DNA of 64,000 nt, taken from assembly GCA_964016885.1 (NCBI GenBank), contig OZ024742.1, positions 367,660,001 through 367,724,000 of the forward strand, written 5' to 3'. The translations under genes and the position numbers were made by a program. This stretch comes from Eledone cirrhosa (taxonomy: Eukaryota). Below are positions 13,198 through 28,200 of the stretch, piece after piece (positions within the stretch are counted from its first letter, which is position 1; each line of letters begins with the position of its first letter). The notes beneath the pieces were generated by a model that saw only the letters and a program-made list of their open reading frames with translations, was not told the DNA's origin and ran no database searches.

Positions 13198-16100
13198 TCG
13201 CACATGGTCGAATGTTCGATTGGAAAACCAGCTGGTTTTATCTGGTGCTGTATCATTTGGTGATCACTCATGGTCGAATGTTCGATTGGGAAACCAGCTG
13301 GTTTTATCTGGTCCTGTATCATTTGGTGATCACTATTGGTCGAATGTTCGATTGGGAAACCAGCTGGTTTTATCTGGTCCAGTATCATTTGGTGATCACT
13401 CATGGTCGAATGTTTGATTGGGAAATCAGCTGGTTTTATCTGGTCCTGTGTCATTTGGTGATCACTAATGGTCGAATGTTCGATTGGGAAACCAGCTCGT
13501 TTTATCTGGTCCTGTGTCATTTGGTGATCACTAATGGTCGAATGTTCGATTGGGAAACTAGCTGGTTTTATCTGGTCCTGTATCACTTGGTGATCACTCA
13601 TGGTCGAATGTTCTATTGGGAAACCAGCTGGTTTTATCTGGTCCTGTATCATTTTGTTATCACTAATGGTCGAATGTTTGATTGGGAAACTAGCTGGTTT
13701 TATCTGGTCCTGTATCATTTGATGATCCCTCATGGTCGAATGTTCGATTGGAAAACCAGCTGGTTTTATCTGGTCCTGTATCATTTGGTGATCACTCATG
13801 GACGAATGTTCGATTGGGAAACCAGCTGGTTTTATCTGGTCCTGTATCATTTGGTGATCACTCATGGTCGAATGTTCGATGGGGAAACCAGCTGGTTTTA
13901 TCTGGTACTGTATCATTTGGTGATCACTCATGGTCGAATGTTCGATTGGGAAACCAGCTGGTTTTATCTGGTCCTGTATCATTTGGTGATCACTCATGGT
14001 CGAATGTTCGATTGGGAAACCAGCTGGTTTTATCTGGTCCTGTATCATTTGGTGAGCACTATTGGTCGAATGTTCGATTGGAAAACCAGCTGGTTTTATC
14101 TGGTCCTGTATCATTTGGTGATCACTCATGGTCGAATGTTCGATTGGGAAACCAGCTGGTTTTATCTGGTCCTGTATCATTTGGTGATCACTCATGGTCG
14201 AATGTTCGATTGGGAAACCAGCTGTTTTTATCTGGTCCTGTATCATTTGGTGATCACTCAAGGTCGAATGTTCGATTGGGAAACCAGCTGGTTTTATCTG
14301 GTCCTGTATCATTTGGTGATCACTCATGGTCGAATGTTCGATTGGCAAACCAGCTGGTTTTATCTGGTCCTGTATCATTTGGTGATCAAGAATGGACGAA
14401 TGTTCGATTGGGAAACCAGCTAGTTTTATCTGCTCCTGTATCATTTGGTGATCACTAATGGTCGAATGTTCGATTGGGAAACTAGCTGGTTTTATCTGGT
14501 CCTGTATCATTTGGTGATCTCTCATGGTCGAATGTTCGATTGGGAAACCAGCTGGTTCTATCTGGTCCTGTATCATTTTGTGATCACTAATGGTCGAATG
14601 TTTGATTTGGAAACTAGCTGGTTTTAGCTGGTCCTGTATCATTTGGTGATCCCTCATGGTCGAATGTTCGATTGGAAAACCAGCTGGTTTTATCTGGTCC
14701 TGTATCATTTGGTGATCACTCATGGACGAATGTTCGATTGGGAAACCAGCTGGTTTTATCTGGTCCTGTATCATTTGGTGATCACTCATGGTCGAATGTT
14801 CGATGGGGAAACCAGCTGGTTTTATCTGGTACTGTATCATTTGGTGATCACTCATGGTCGAATGTTCGATTGGGAAACCAGCTGGTTTTATCTGGTCCTG
14901 TATCATTTGGTGATCACTCATGGTCGAATGTTCGATTGGGAAACCAGCTGGTTTTATCTGGTCATGTATCATTTGGTGAGCACTATTGGTCGAATGTTCG
15001 ATTGGAAAACCAGCTGGTTTTATCTGGTCCTGTATCATTTGGTGATCACTCATGGTCGAATGTTCGATTGGGAAACCAGCTGGTTTTATCTGGTCCTGTA
15101 TCATTTGGTGATCACTTATGGTCGAATGTTCGATTGGGAAACCAGCTGGTTTTATCTGGTCCTGTATCATTTGGTGATCACTCAAGGTCGAATGTTCGAT
15201 TGGGAAAACAGCTGGTTTTATCTGGTCCTGTATCATTTGGTGATCACTCATGGTCGAATGTTCGATTGGAAACCAGCTGGTTTTATCTGGTCCTGTATCA
15301 TTTGGTGATCAAGAATGGACGAATGTTCGATTGGGAAACCAACTGGTTTTATCTGGTCCTGTATCATTTGGTGATCACTCATGGTCCAATGTTCGATTGG
15401 GAAACCAGCTGGTTCTATCTGGTCCTGTATCATTTGGTGATCACTCATGGTCGAATTTTCGAGTGGGAAACCAGCTGGTTTTATCTGGTCCAGTATCATT
15501 TGGTGATCACTCATGGTCGAATGTTTGATTGGGAAATCAGCTGGCTTTATCTGGTCCTGTGTCATTTGGTGATCACTAATGGTCGAATGTTCGATTGGGA
15601 AACCAGCTCGTTTTATCTGGTCCTGTGTCATTTGGTGATCACTAATGGTCGAATGTTCGATTGGGAAACCAGCTGGTTTTATCTGGTCCTGTGTCATTTG
15701 GTGATCACTAATGGTCGAATGTTCGATTGGGAAACTAGCTGGTTTTATCTGGTCCTGTATCATTTGGTGATCACTCATGGTCGAATGTTCGATTGGGAAA
15801 CCAGCTGGTTTTATCTGGTCCTGTATCATTTTGTGATCACTAATGGTCGAATGTTTGATTGGGAAACTAGCTGGTTTTATCTGGTCCTGTATCATTTGGT
15901 GATCCCTCATTGTCGAATGTTCGATTGGAAAACCAGCTGGTTTTATCTGGTCCTGTATCATTTGGTGATCACTCATGGACGAATGTTCGATTGGGAAACC
16001 AGCTGGTTTTATCTGGTCCTGTATCATTTGGTAATCACTCATGGTCGAATGTTCGATGGGGAAACCAGCTGGTTTTATCTGGTACTGTATCATTTGGTGA

Positions 16101-16999
16101 TCACTCATGGTCGAATGTTCGATTGGGAAACCAGCTGGTTTTATCTGGTCCTGTATCATTTGGTGATCACTCATGGTCGAATGTTCGATTGGGAAACCAG
16201 CTGGTTTTATCTGGTCCTGTATCATTTGGTGAGCACTATTGGTCGAACGTTCGATTGGAAAACCAGCTGGTTTTATCTGGTTCTGTATCATTTGGTGATC
16301 ACTCATGGTCGAATGTTCGATTGGGAAACCAGCTGGTTTTATCTGGTCCTGTATCATTTGGTGATCACTCATGGTCGAATGTTCGATTGGGAAACCAGCT
16401 GTTTTTATCTGGTCCTGTATCATTTGGTGATCACTCAAGTTCGAATGTTCGATTGGGAAACCAGCTGGTTTTATCTGGTCCTGTATCATTTGGTGATCAC
16501 TCATGGTCGAATGTTCGATTGGCAAACCAGCTGGTTTTATCTGGTCCTGTATCATTTGGTGATCAAGAATGGACGAATGTTCGATTGGGAAACCAGCTAG
16601 TTTTATCTGCTCCTGTATCATTTGGTGATCACTCATGGTCGAATGTTCGATTGGGAAACCAGCTGGTTCTATCTGGTCCTGTATCATTTGGTGATCACTC
16701 ATGGTCGAATGTTCGAATGGGAAACCAGCTGGTTTTATCTGGTCCAGTATCATTTGGTGATCACTCATGGTCGAATGTTCGATTGGGAAACCAGCTGGTT
16801 TTATCGTTTTCTGTATCATTTGGTGATCACTAATGGTCGAATGTTCGATTGGGAAACCAGCTGGTTTTATCTGGTCCTGTATCATTTGGTGATCACTCAT
16901 GGTCGAATGTTCGATTGGAAAACCAACTGGTTTTATCTGGTCCTGTATCATTTGGTGATAACTCATGGTCGAATGTTCGATTGGAAAACCAGCTGGTTT

Positions 17000-17790
17000 T
17001 ATCTGGTCCTGTATCATTTGGTGATCACTCATGGTCGAATGTTCGATGGGGAAACCAGCTGGTTTTATCTGGTACTGTATCATTTGGTGATCACTCATGG
17101 TCGAATGTTCGATTGGGAAACCAGCTGGTTTTATCTGGTCCTGTATCATTTGGTGATCACTCATGGTCGAATGTTCGATTGGGAAACCAGCTGGTTTTAT
17201 CTGGTCCTGTATCATTTGGTGAGCACTATTGGTCGAATGTTCGATTGGAAAACCAGCTGGTTTTATCTGGTCCTGTATCATTTGGTGATCACTCATGGTC
17301 GAATGTTCGATTGGGAAACCAGCTGGTTTTATCTGGTCCTGTATCATTTGGTGATCACTCATGGTCGAATGTTCGATTGGGAAACCAGCTGGTTTTATCT
17401 GGTCCTGTATCATTTGGTGATCACTCATGGTCGAATGTTCGATGGGGAAACCAGCTGGTTTTATCTGGTACTGTATCATTTGGTGATCACTCATGGTCGA
17501 ATGTTCGATTGGGAAACCAGCTGGTTTTATCTGGTCCTGTATCATTTGGTGATCACTCATGGTCGAATGTTCGATTGGGAAACCAGCTGGTTTTATCTGG
17601 TCCTGTATCATTTGGTGAGCACTATTGGTCGAATGTTCGATTGGAAAACCAGCTGGTTTTATCTGGTCCTGTATCATTTGGTGATCACTCATGGTCGAAT
17701 GTTCGATTGGGAAACCAGCTGGTTTTATCTGGTCCTGTATCATTTGGTGATCACTCATGGTCGAATGTTCGATTGGGAAACCAGCTGTTT
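17000..17790. repeat. 6-monomer (396-bp) tandem duplication
   Basis: GATGGGG...GGTACT at 17045/17441 and GAGCACTATT at 17221/17617, offset 396 = 6x66. Confidence 0.8.
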
Positions 17791-18834
17791 TTATCTGGTC
17801 CTGTATCATTTGGTGATCACTCAAGGTCGAATGTTCGATTGGGAAACCAGCTGGTTTTATCTGGTCCTGTATCATTTGGTGATCACTCATGGTCGAATGT
17901 TCGATTGGCAAACCAGCTGGTTTTATCTGGTCCTGTATCATTTGGTGATCAAGAATGGACGAATGTTCGATTGGGAAACCAGCTAGTTTTATCTGCTCCT
18001 GTATCATTTGGTGATCACTAATGGTCGAATGTTCGATTGGGAAACTAGCTGGTTTTATCTGGTCCTGTATCATTTTGTGATCACTAATGGTCGAATGTTT
18101 GATTTGGAAACTAGCTGGTTTTATCTGGTCCTGTATCATTTGGTGATCCCTCATGGTCGAATGTTCGATTGGAAAACCAGCTGGTTTTATCTGGTCCTGT
18201 ATCATTTGGTGATCACTCATGGACGAATGTTCGATTGGGAAACTAGCTGGTTTTATCTGGTCCTGTATCATTTGGTGATCACTCATGGTCGAATGTTCGA
18301 TGGGGAAACCAGCTGGTTTTATCTGGTACTGTATCATTTGGTGATCACTCATGGTCGAATGTTCGATTGGGAAACCAGCTGGTTTTATCTGGTCCTGTAT
18401 CATTTGGTGATCACTCATGGTCGAATGTTCGATTGGGAAACCAGCTGGTTTTATCTGGTCATGTATCATTTGGTGAGCACTATTGGTCGAATCTTCGATT
18501 GGAAAACCAGCTGGTTTTATCTGGTCCTGTATCATTTGGTGATCACTCATGGTCGAATGTTCGATTGGGAAACCAGCTGGTTTTATCTGGTCCTGTATCA
18601 TTTGGTGATCACTCATGGTCGAATGTTCGATTGGGAAACCAGCTGGTTTTATCTGGTCCTGTATCATTTGGTGATCGCTCAAGGTCGAATGTTCGATTGG
18701 GAAACCAGCTGGTTTTATCTGGTCCTGTATCATTTGGTGATCACTCATGGTCGAATGTTCGATTGGAAACCAGCTGGTTTTATCTGGTCCTGTATCATTT
18801 GGTGATCAAGAATGGACGAATGTTCGATTGGGAA

Positions 18835-21800
18835 ACCAACTGGTTTTATCTGGTCCTGTATCATTTGGTGATCACTCATGGTCGAATGTTCGATTGGGAA
18901 ACCAGCTGGTTCTATCTGGTCCTGTATCATTTGGTGATCACTCATGGTCGAATTTTCGAGTGGGAAACCAGCTGGTTTTATCTGGTCCAGTATCATTTGG
19001 TGATCACTCATGGTCGAATGTTTGATTGGGAAATCAGCTGGCTTTATCTGGTCCTGTGTCATTTGGTGATCACTAATGGTTGAATGTTCGATTGGGAAAC
19101 CAGCTCGTTTCATCTGGTCCTGTGTCATTTGGTGATCACTAATGGTCGAATGTTCGATTGGGAAACCAGCTGGTTTTATCTGGTCCTGTGTCATTTGGTG
19201 ATCACTCATGGTCGAATGTTCGATTGGGAAACTAGCTGGTTTTATCTGGTCCTGTATCATTTGGTGATCACTCATGGTCGAATGTTCGATTGGGAAACCA
19301 GCTGGTTTTATCTGGTCCTGTATCATTTTGTGATCACTAATGGTCGAATGTTTGATTGGGAAACTAGCTGGTTTTATCTGGTCCTGTATCATTTGGTGAT
19401 CCCTCATGGTCGAATGTTCGATTGGAAAACCAGCTGGTTTTATCTGGTCCTGTATCATTTAGTGATCACTCATGGACGAATGTTCGATTGGGAAACCAGC
19501 TGGTTTTATCTGGTCCTGTATCATTTGGTAATCACTCATGGTCGAATGTTCGATGGGGAAACCAGCTGGTTTTATCTGGTACTGTATCATTTGGTGATCA
19601 CTCATGGTCGAATGTTCGATTGGGAAACCAGCTGGTTTTATCTGGTCCTGTATCATTTGGTGATCACTCATGGTCGAATGTTCGATTGGGAAACCAGCTG
19701 GTTTTATCTGGTCCTGTATCATTTGGTGAGCACTATTGGTCGAATGTTCGATTGGAAAACCAGCTGGTTTTATCTGGTACTGTATCATTTGGTGATCACT
19801 CATGGTCGAATGTTCGATTGGGAAACCAGCTGGTTTTATCTGGTCCTGTATCATTTGGTGATCACTCATGGTCGAATGTTCGATTGGGAAACCAGCTGGT
19901 TTTATCTGGTCCTGTATCATTTGGTGAGCACTATTGGTCGAATGTTCGATTGGAAAACCAGCTGTTTTTATCTGGTCCTGTATCATTTGGTGATCACTCA
20001 AGTTCGAATGTTCGATTGGGAAACCAGCTGGTTTTATCTGGTCCTGTATCATTTGATGATCACTCATGGTCGAATGTTCGATTGGCAAACCAGCTGGTTT
20101 TATCTGGTCCTGTATCATTTGGTGATCAAGAATGGACGAATGTTCGATTGGGAAACCAGCTAGTTTTATCTGCTCCTGTATCATTTGGTGATCACTCATG
20201 GTCGAATGTTCGATTGGGAAACCAGCTGGTTCTATCTGGTCCTGTATCATTTGGTGATCACTCATGGTCGAATGTTCGAATGGGAAACCAGCTGGTTTTA
20301 TCTAGTCCAGTATCATTTGGTGATCACTCATGGTCGAATGTTCGATTGGGAAACCAGCTGGTTTTATCGTTTTCTGTATCATTTGGTGATCACTAATGGT
20401 CGAATGTTCGATTGGGAAACCAGCTGGTTTTATCTGGTCCTGTATCATTTGGTGATCACTCATGGTCGAATGTTCGATTGGAAAACCAACTGGTTTTATC
20501 TGGTCCTGTATCATTTGGTGATAACTCATGGTCGAATGTTCGATTGGAAAACCAACTGGTTTTATCTGGTCCTGTATCATTTGGTGATCACTCATGGTCG
20601 AATGTTCGATTGGGAAACCAGCTGGTTCTATCTGGTCCTGTATCATTTGGTGATCACTCATGGTCGAATTTTCGAGTGGGAAACCAGCTGGTTTTATCTG
20701 GTCCAGTATCATTTGGTGATCACTCATGGTCGAATGTTTGATTGGGAAATCAGCTGGCTTTATCTGGTCCTGTGTCATTTGGTGATCACTAATGGTTGAA
20801 TGTTCGATTGGGAAACCAGGTCGTTTCATCTGGTCCTGTGTCATTTGGTGATCACTAATGGTCGAATGTTCGATTGGGAAACCAGCTGGTTTTATCTGGT
20901 CCTGTGTCATTTGGTGATCACTAATGGTCGAATGTTCGATTGGGAAACTAGCTGGTTTTATCTGGTCCTGTATCATTTGGTGATCACTCATGGTCGAATG
21001 TTCGATTGGGAAACCAGCTGGTTTTATCTGGTCCTGTATCATTTTGTGATCACTAATGGTCGAATGTTTGATTGGGAAACTAGCTGGTTTTATCTGGTCC
21101 TGTATCATTTGGTGATCCCTCATGGTCGAATGTTCGATTGGAAAACCAGCTGGTTTTATCTGGTCCTGTATCATTTAGTGATCACTCATGGACGAATGTT
21201 CGATTGGGAAACCAGCTGGTTTTATCTGGTCCTGTATCATTTGGTAATCACTCATGGTCGAATGTTCGATGGGGAAACCAGCTGGTTTTATCTGGTACTG
21301 TATCATTTGGTGATCACTCATGGTCGAATGTTCGATTGGGAAACCAGCTGGTTTTATCTGGTCCTGTATCATTTGGTGATCACTCATGGTCGAATGTTCG
21401 ATTGGGAAACCAGCTGGTTTTATCTGGTCCTGTATCATTTGGTGAGCACTATTGGTCGAATGTTCGATTGGAAAACCAGCTGGTTTTATCTGGTACTGTA
21501 TCATTTGGTGATCACTCATGGTCGAATGTTCGATTGGGAAACCAGCTGGTTTTATCTGGTCCTGTATCATTTGGTGATCACTCATGGTCGAATGTTCGAT
21601 TGGGAAACCAGCTGGTTTTATCTGGTCCTGTATCATTTGGTGAGCACTATTGGTCGAATGTTCGATTGGAAAACCAGCTGTTTTTATCTGGTCCTGTATC
21701 ATTTGGTGATCACTCAAGTTCGAATGTTCGATTGGGAAACCAGCTGGTTTTATCTGGTCCTGTATCATTTGATGATCACTCATGGTCGAATGTTCGATTG

Positions 21801-22270
21801 GCAAACCAGCTGGTTTTATCTGGTCCTGTATCATTTGGTGATCAAGAATGGACGAATGTTCGATTGGGAAACCAGCTAGTTTTATCTGCTCCTGTATCAT
21901 TTGGTGATCACTCATGGTCGAATGTTCGATTGGGAAACCAGCTGGTTCTATCTGGTCCTGTATCATTTGGTGATCACTCATGGTCGAATGTTCGAATGGG
22001 AAACCAGCTGGTTTTATCTGGTCCAGTATCATTTGGTGATCACTCATGGTCGAATGTTCGATTGGGAAACCAGCTGGTTTTATCGTTTTCTGTATCATTT
22101 GGTGATCACTAATGGTCGAATGTTCGATTGGGAAACCAGCTGGTTTTATCTGGTCCTGTATCATTTGGTGATCACTCATGGTCGAATGTTCGATTGGAAA
22201 ACCAACTGGTTTTATCTGGTCCTGTATCATTTGGTGATAACTCATGGTCGAATGTTCGATTGGAAAACCA
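18835..22270. repeat. 26-monomer (1716-bp) higher-order repeat x2, each copy with a nested 3-monomer duplication
   Basis: ORFs 19084/20800 and 19422/21138 are offset by 1716 = 26x66. Within the first copy GGTACT (19578/19776) and GAGCACT (19728/19926) repeat at 198 bp, and the second copy has the same pattern. Confidence 0.85.
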
Positions 22271-25200
22271 GCTGGTTTTATCTGGTCCTGTATCATTTGG
22301 TGATCAGTATTGGTCGAATGTTCGATTGGGAAACCAGCTGGTTTTATCTGGTCCTGAGTTATTTGGTGATCACTCATGGTCGAATGTTCGATTGGGAAAC
22401 CAGCTGGTTTTATCTGGGCCTGTGTCATTTGGTGATCACTAATGGTCGAATGTTCGATTGGGAAACAAGCTGGTTTTATCTGGTCCTGTATCATTTGGTG
22501 ATCACTCATGGTCGAATGTTCGATTGGGAAACCAGCTGGTTTTATCTGGTCATGTATCATTTGGTGAGCACTATTGGTCGAATGTTCGATTGGAAAACCA
22601 GCTGGTTTTATCTGGTCCTGTATCATTTGGTGATCACTCATAGTCGAATGTTCGATTGGGAAACCAGCTGGTTTTATCTGGTCCTGTATCATTTGGTGAT
22701 CACTCATGGTCGAATGTTCGATTGGGAAACCAGCTGGTTTTATCTGGTCCTGTATCATTTGGTGATCACTCAAGGTCGAATGTTCGATTGGGAAACCAGC
22801 TGGTTTTATCTGGTCCTGTATCATTTGGTGATCACTCATGGTCGAGTGTTCGTTTGGAAACCAGCTGGTTTTATCTGGTCCTGTATCATTTGGTGATCAA
22901 GAATGGACGAATGTTCGATTGGGAAACCAACTGGTTTTATCTGGTCCTGTATCATTTGGTGATCACTCATGGTCGAATGTTCGATTGGGAAACCAGCTGG
23001 TTCTATCTGGTCCTGTATCATTTGGTGATCACTCATGGTCGAATTTTCGAGTGGGAAACCAGCTGGTTTTATCTGGTCCAGTATCATTTGGTGATCACTC
23101 ATGGTCGAATGTTTGATTGGGAAATCAGCTGGCTTTATCTGGTCCTGTGTCATTTGGTGATCACTAATGGTCGAATGTTCGATTGGGAAACCAGCTCGTT
23201 TTATCTGGTCCTGTGTCATTTGGTGATCACTAATGGTCGAATGTTCGAGTGGGAAACCAGCTGGTTTTATCTGGTCCTGTGTCATTTGGTGATCACTAAT
23301 GGTCGAATGTTCGATTGGGAAACTAGCTGGTTTTATCTGGTCCTGTATCATTTGGTGATCACTCATGGTCGAATGTTCGATTGGGAAACCAGCTGGTTTT
23401 ATCTGGTCCTGTATCATTTTGTGATCACTAATGGTCGAATGTTTGATTGGGAAACTAGCTGGTTTTATCTGGTCCTGTATCATGTGGTGATCCCTCATGG
23501 TCGAATGTTCGATTGGAAAACCAGCTGGTTTTATCTGGTCCTGTATCATTTGGTGATCACTCATGGACGAATGTTCGATTGGGAAACCAGCTGGTTTTAT
23601 CTGGTCCTGTATCATTTGGTAATCACTCATGGTCGAATGTTCGATGGGGAAACCAGCTGGTTTTATCTGGTACTGTATCATTTGGTGATCACTCATGGTC
23701 GAATGTTCGATTGGGAAACCAGCTGGTTTTATCTGGTCCTGTATCATTTGGTGATCACTCATGGTCGAATGTTCGATTGGGAAACCAGCTGGTTTTATCT
23801 GGTCCTGTATCATTTGGTGAGCACTATTGGTCGAATGTTCGATTGGAAAACCAGCTGGTTTTATCTGGTCCTGTATCATTTGGTGATCACTCATGGTCGA
23901 ATGTTCGATTGGGAAACCAGCTGGTTTTATCTGGTCCTGTATCATTTGGTGATCACTCATGGTCGAATGTTCGATTGGGAAACCAGCTGTTTTTATCTGG
24001 TCCTGTATCATTTGGTGATCACTCAAGTTCGAATGTTCGATTGGGAAACCAGCTGGTTTTATCTGGTCCTGTATCATTTGGTGATCACTCATGGTCGAAT
24101 GTTCGATTGGCAAACCAGCTGGTTTTATCTGGTCCTGTATCATTTGGTGATCAAGAATGGACGAATGTTCGATTGGGAAACCAGCTAGTTTTATCTGGTC
24201 CAGTATCATTTGGTGATCACTCATGGTCGAATGTTCGATTGGGAAACCAGCTGGTTTTATCGTTTTCTGTATCATTTGGTGATCACTAATGGTCGAATGT
24301 TCGATTGGGAAACCAGCTGGTTTTATCTGGTCCTGTATCATTTGGTGATCACTCATGGTCGAATGTTCGATTGGAAAACCAACTGGTTTTATCTGGTCCT
24401 GTATCATTTGGTGATAACTCATGGTCGAATGTTCGATTGGAAAACCAGCTGGTTTTATCTGGTCCTGTATCATTTGGTGATCAGTATTGGTCGAATGTTC
24501 GATTGGGAAACCAGCTGGTTTTATCTGGTCCTGAGTTATTTGGTGATCACTCATGGTCGAATGTTCGATTGGGAAACCAGCTGGTTTTATCTGGGCCTGT
24601 GTCATTTGGTGATCACTAATGGTCGAATGTTCGATTGGGAAACAAGCTGGTTTTATCTGGTCCTGTATCATTTGGTGATCACTCATGGTCGAATGTTCGA
24701 TTGGGAAACCAGCTGGTTCTATCCGGTCCTGTATCATTTGGTGATCACTAATGGTCGAATGTTCGATTGGGAAACCAGCTGGTTTTATCTGGTCCTGTAT
24801 CATTTGGTGATCACTCATGGTCGAATGTTCGATTGGGAAACCAGCTGGTTTTATCTGGTCCTGTATCATTTGGTGATCACTATTGGTCGAATGTTCGATT
24901 GGGAAACAAGCTGGTTTTATCTGGTCCTGTATCATTTGGTGATCACTCATGGTCGAATGTTCGGTTGGAAAACCAGCTGGTTTTATCTGGTCCTGTATCA
25001 TTTGGTGATCACTCATGGTCGAATGTTCGATTGGGAAACCAGCTGGTTTTATCTGGTCCTGTATCATTTGGTGATCACTCATGGTCGAATGTTCGATTGG
25101 GAAACCAGCTGGTTTTATCTGGTCCTGTATCATTTGGTGATCACTCATGGTCGAATGTTCGATTGGAAAATCAGCTGGTTTTATCTGGTCCTGTATCAGT

Positions 25201-28200
25201 TGGTGATCACTCATGGTCGAATGTTCGATTGGGAAACCAGCTGGTTTTATCTGGTCCTGTATCATTTGGTGATCAATCATGGTTGAATGTTCGATTGGGA
25301 AACCAGCTGGTTTTATCTGGTCCTGTATCATTTGGTGATCACTCTTGGTCGAATGTTCGATTGGCATACTAGCTGGTTTTATCTGGTCCTGTATCATTTG
25401 GTGATCACTCATGGTCGAATGTTCGATTGGAAAACCAGCTGGTTTTATCTGGTCCTGTATCATTTGGTGATCAAGAATGGACGAATGTTCGATTGGGAAA
25501 CCAGCTGGTTTTATCTGGTCCTGTATCATTTGGTGATCACTCATGGTCGAATGTTCGATTGGGAAACCAGCTGGTTCTATCTGGTCCTGTATCATTTGGT
25601 GATCACTCATGGTCGAATGTTCGAATGGGAAACCAGCTGGTTTTATCTGGTCCTGTATCATTTGGTGATCACTCATGGTCGAATGTTCGATTGGGAAACC
25701 AGCTGGTTTTATCGTTTTCTGTATCATTTGGTGATCACTAATGGTCGAATGTTCGATTGGGAAACCAGCTGGTTTTATCTGGTCCTGTATCGTTTGGTGA
25801 TCACTCATGGTCGAATGTTCGATTGGAAAACCAGCTGGTTTTATCTGGTCCTGTATCATTTGGTGATCGCACATGGTCGAATGTTCGATTGGAAAACCAG
25901 CTGGTTTTATCTGGTGCTGTATCATTTGGTGATCACTCATGGTCGAATGTTCGATTGGGAAACCAGCTGGTTTTATCTGGTCCTGTATCATTTGGTGATC
26001 ACTATTGGTCGAATGTTCGATTGGGAAACCAGCTGGTTTTATCTGGTCCAGTATCATTTGTTGATCACTCATGGTCGAATGTTTGATTGGGAAATCAGCT
26101 GGTTTTATCTGGTCCTGTGTCATTTGGTGATCACTAATGGTCGAATGTTCGATTGGGAAACCAGCTCGTTTTATCTGGTCCTGTGTCATTTGGTGATCAC
26201 TAATGGTCGAATGTTCGATTGGGAAACTAGCTGGTTTTATCTGGTCCTGTATCACTTGGTGATCACTCATGGTCGAATGTTCTATTGGGAAACCAGCTGG
26301 TTTTATCTGGTCCTGTATCATTTGGTGATCACTCATGGACGAATGTTCGATTGGGAAACCAGCTGGTTTTATCTGGTCCTGTATCATTTGGTGATCACTC
26401 ATGGTCGAATGTTCGATGGGGAAACCAGCTGGTTTTATCTGGTACTGTATCATTTGGTGATCACTCATGGTCGAATGTTCGATTGGGAAACCAGCTGGTT
26501 TTATCTGGTCCTGTATCATTTGGTGATCACTCATGGTCGAATGTTCGATTGGGAAACCAGCTGGTTTTATCTGGTCCTGTATCATTTGGTGAGCACTATT
26601 GGTCGAATGTTCGATTGGAAAACCAGCTGGTTTTATCTGGTCCTGTATCATTTGGTGATCACTCATGGTCGAATGTTCGATTGGGAAACCAGCTGGTTTT
26701 ATCTGGTCCTTTATCATTTGGTGATCACTCATGGTCGAATGTTCGATTGGGAAACCAGCTGTTTTTATCTGGTCCTGTATCATTTGGTGATCACTCAAGG
26801 TCGAATGTTCGATTGGGAAACCAGCTGGTTTTATCTGGTCCTGTATCATTTGGTGATCACTCATGGTCGAATGTTCGATTGGCAAACCAGCTGGTTTTAT
26901 CTGGTCCTGTATCATTTGGTGATCAAGAATGGACGAATGTTCGATTGGGAAACCAGCTAGTTTTATCTGCTCCTGTATCATTTGGTGATCACTAATGGTC
27001 GAATGTTCGATTGGGAAACTAGCTGGTTTTATCTGGTCCTGTATCATTTGGTGATCTCTCATGGTCGAATGTTCGATTGGGAAACCAGCTGGTTCTATCT
27101 GGTCCTGTATCATTTTGTGATCACTAATGGTCGAATGTTTGATTTGGAAACTAGCTGGTTTTAGCTGGTCCTGTATCATTTGGTGATCCCTCATGGTCGA
27201 ATGTTCGATTGGAAAACCAGCTGGTTTTATCTGGTCCTGTATCATTTGGTGATCACTCATGGACGAATGTTCGATTGGGAAACCAGCTGGTTTTATCTGG
27301 TCCTGTATCATTTGGTGATCACTCATGGTCGAATGTTCGATGGGGAAACCAGCTGGTTTTATCTGGTACTGTATCATTTGGTGATCACTCATGGTCGAAT
27401 GTTCGATTGGGAAACCAGCTGGTTTTATCTGGTCCTGTATCATTTGGTGATCACTCATGGTCGAATGTTCGATTGGGAAACCAGCTGGTTTTATCTGGTC
27501 ATGTATCATTTGGTGAGCACTATTGGTCGAATGTTCGATTGGAAAACCAGCTGGTTTTATCTGGTCCTGTATCATTTGGTGATCACTCATGGTCGAATGT
27601 TCGATTGGGAAACCAGCTGGTTTTATCTGGTCCTGTATCATTTGGTGATCACTTATGGTCGAATGTTCGATTGGGAAACCAGCTGGTTTTATCTGGTCCT
27701 GTATCATTTGGTGATCACTCAAGGTCGAATGTTCGATTGGGAAAACAGCTGGTTTTATCTGGTCCTGTATCATTTGGTGATCACTCATGGTCGAATGTTC
27801 GATTGGAAACCAGCTGGTTTTATCTGGTCCTGTATCATTTGGTGATCAAGAATGGACGAATGTTCGATTGGGAAACCAACTGGTTTTATCTGGTCCTGTA
27901 TCATTTGGTGATCACTCATGGTCGAATGTTCGATTGGGAAACCAGCTGGTTCTATCTGGTCCTGTATCATTTGGTGATCACTCATGGTCGAATTTTCGAG
28001 TGGGAAACCAGCTGGTTTTATCTGGTCCAGTATCATTTGGTGATCACTCATGGTCGAATGTTTGATTGGGAAATCAGCTGGCTTTATCTGGTCCTGTGTC
28101 ATTTGGTGATCACTAATGGTCGAATGTTCGATTGGGAAACCAGCTCGTTTTATCTGGTCCTGTGTCATTTGGTGATCACTAATGGTCGAATGTTCGATTG

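Noticed and set aside
22845-22870. CENP-B-box-like motif (GTTCGTTTGGAAACC; consensus TTCGATTGGGAAAC)
   Set aside because: It resembles the 5' part of YTTCGTTGGAARCGGGA only with a 1-nt offset, and it lacks the essential CGGG.
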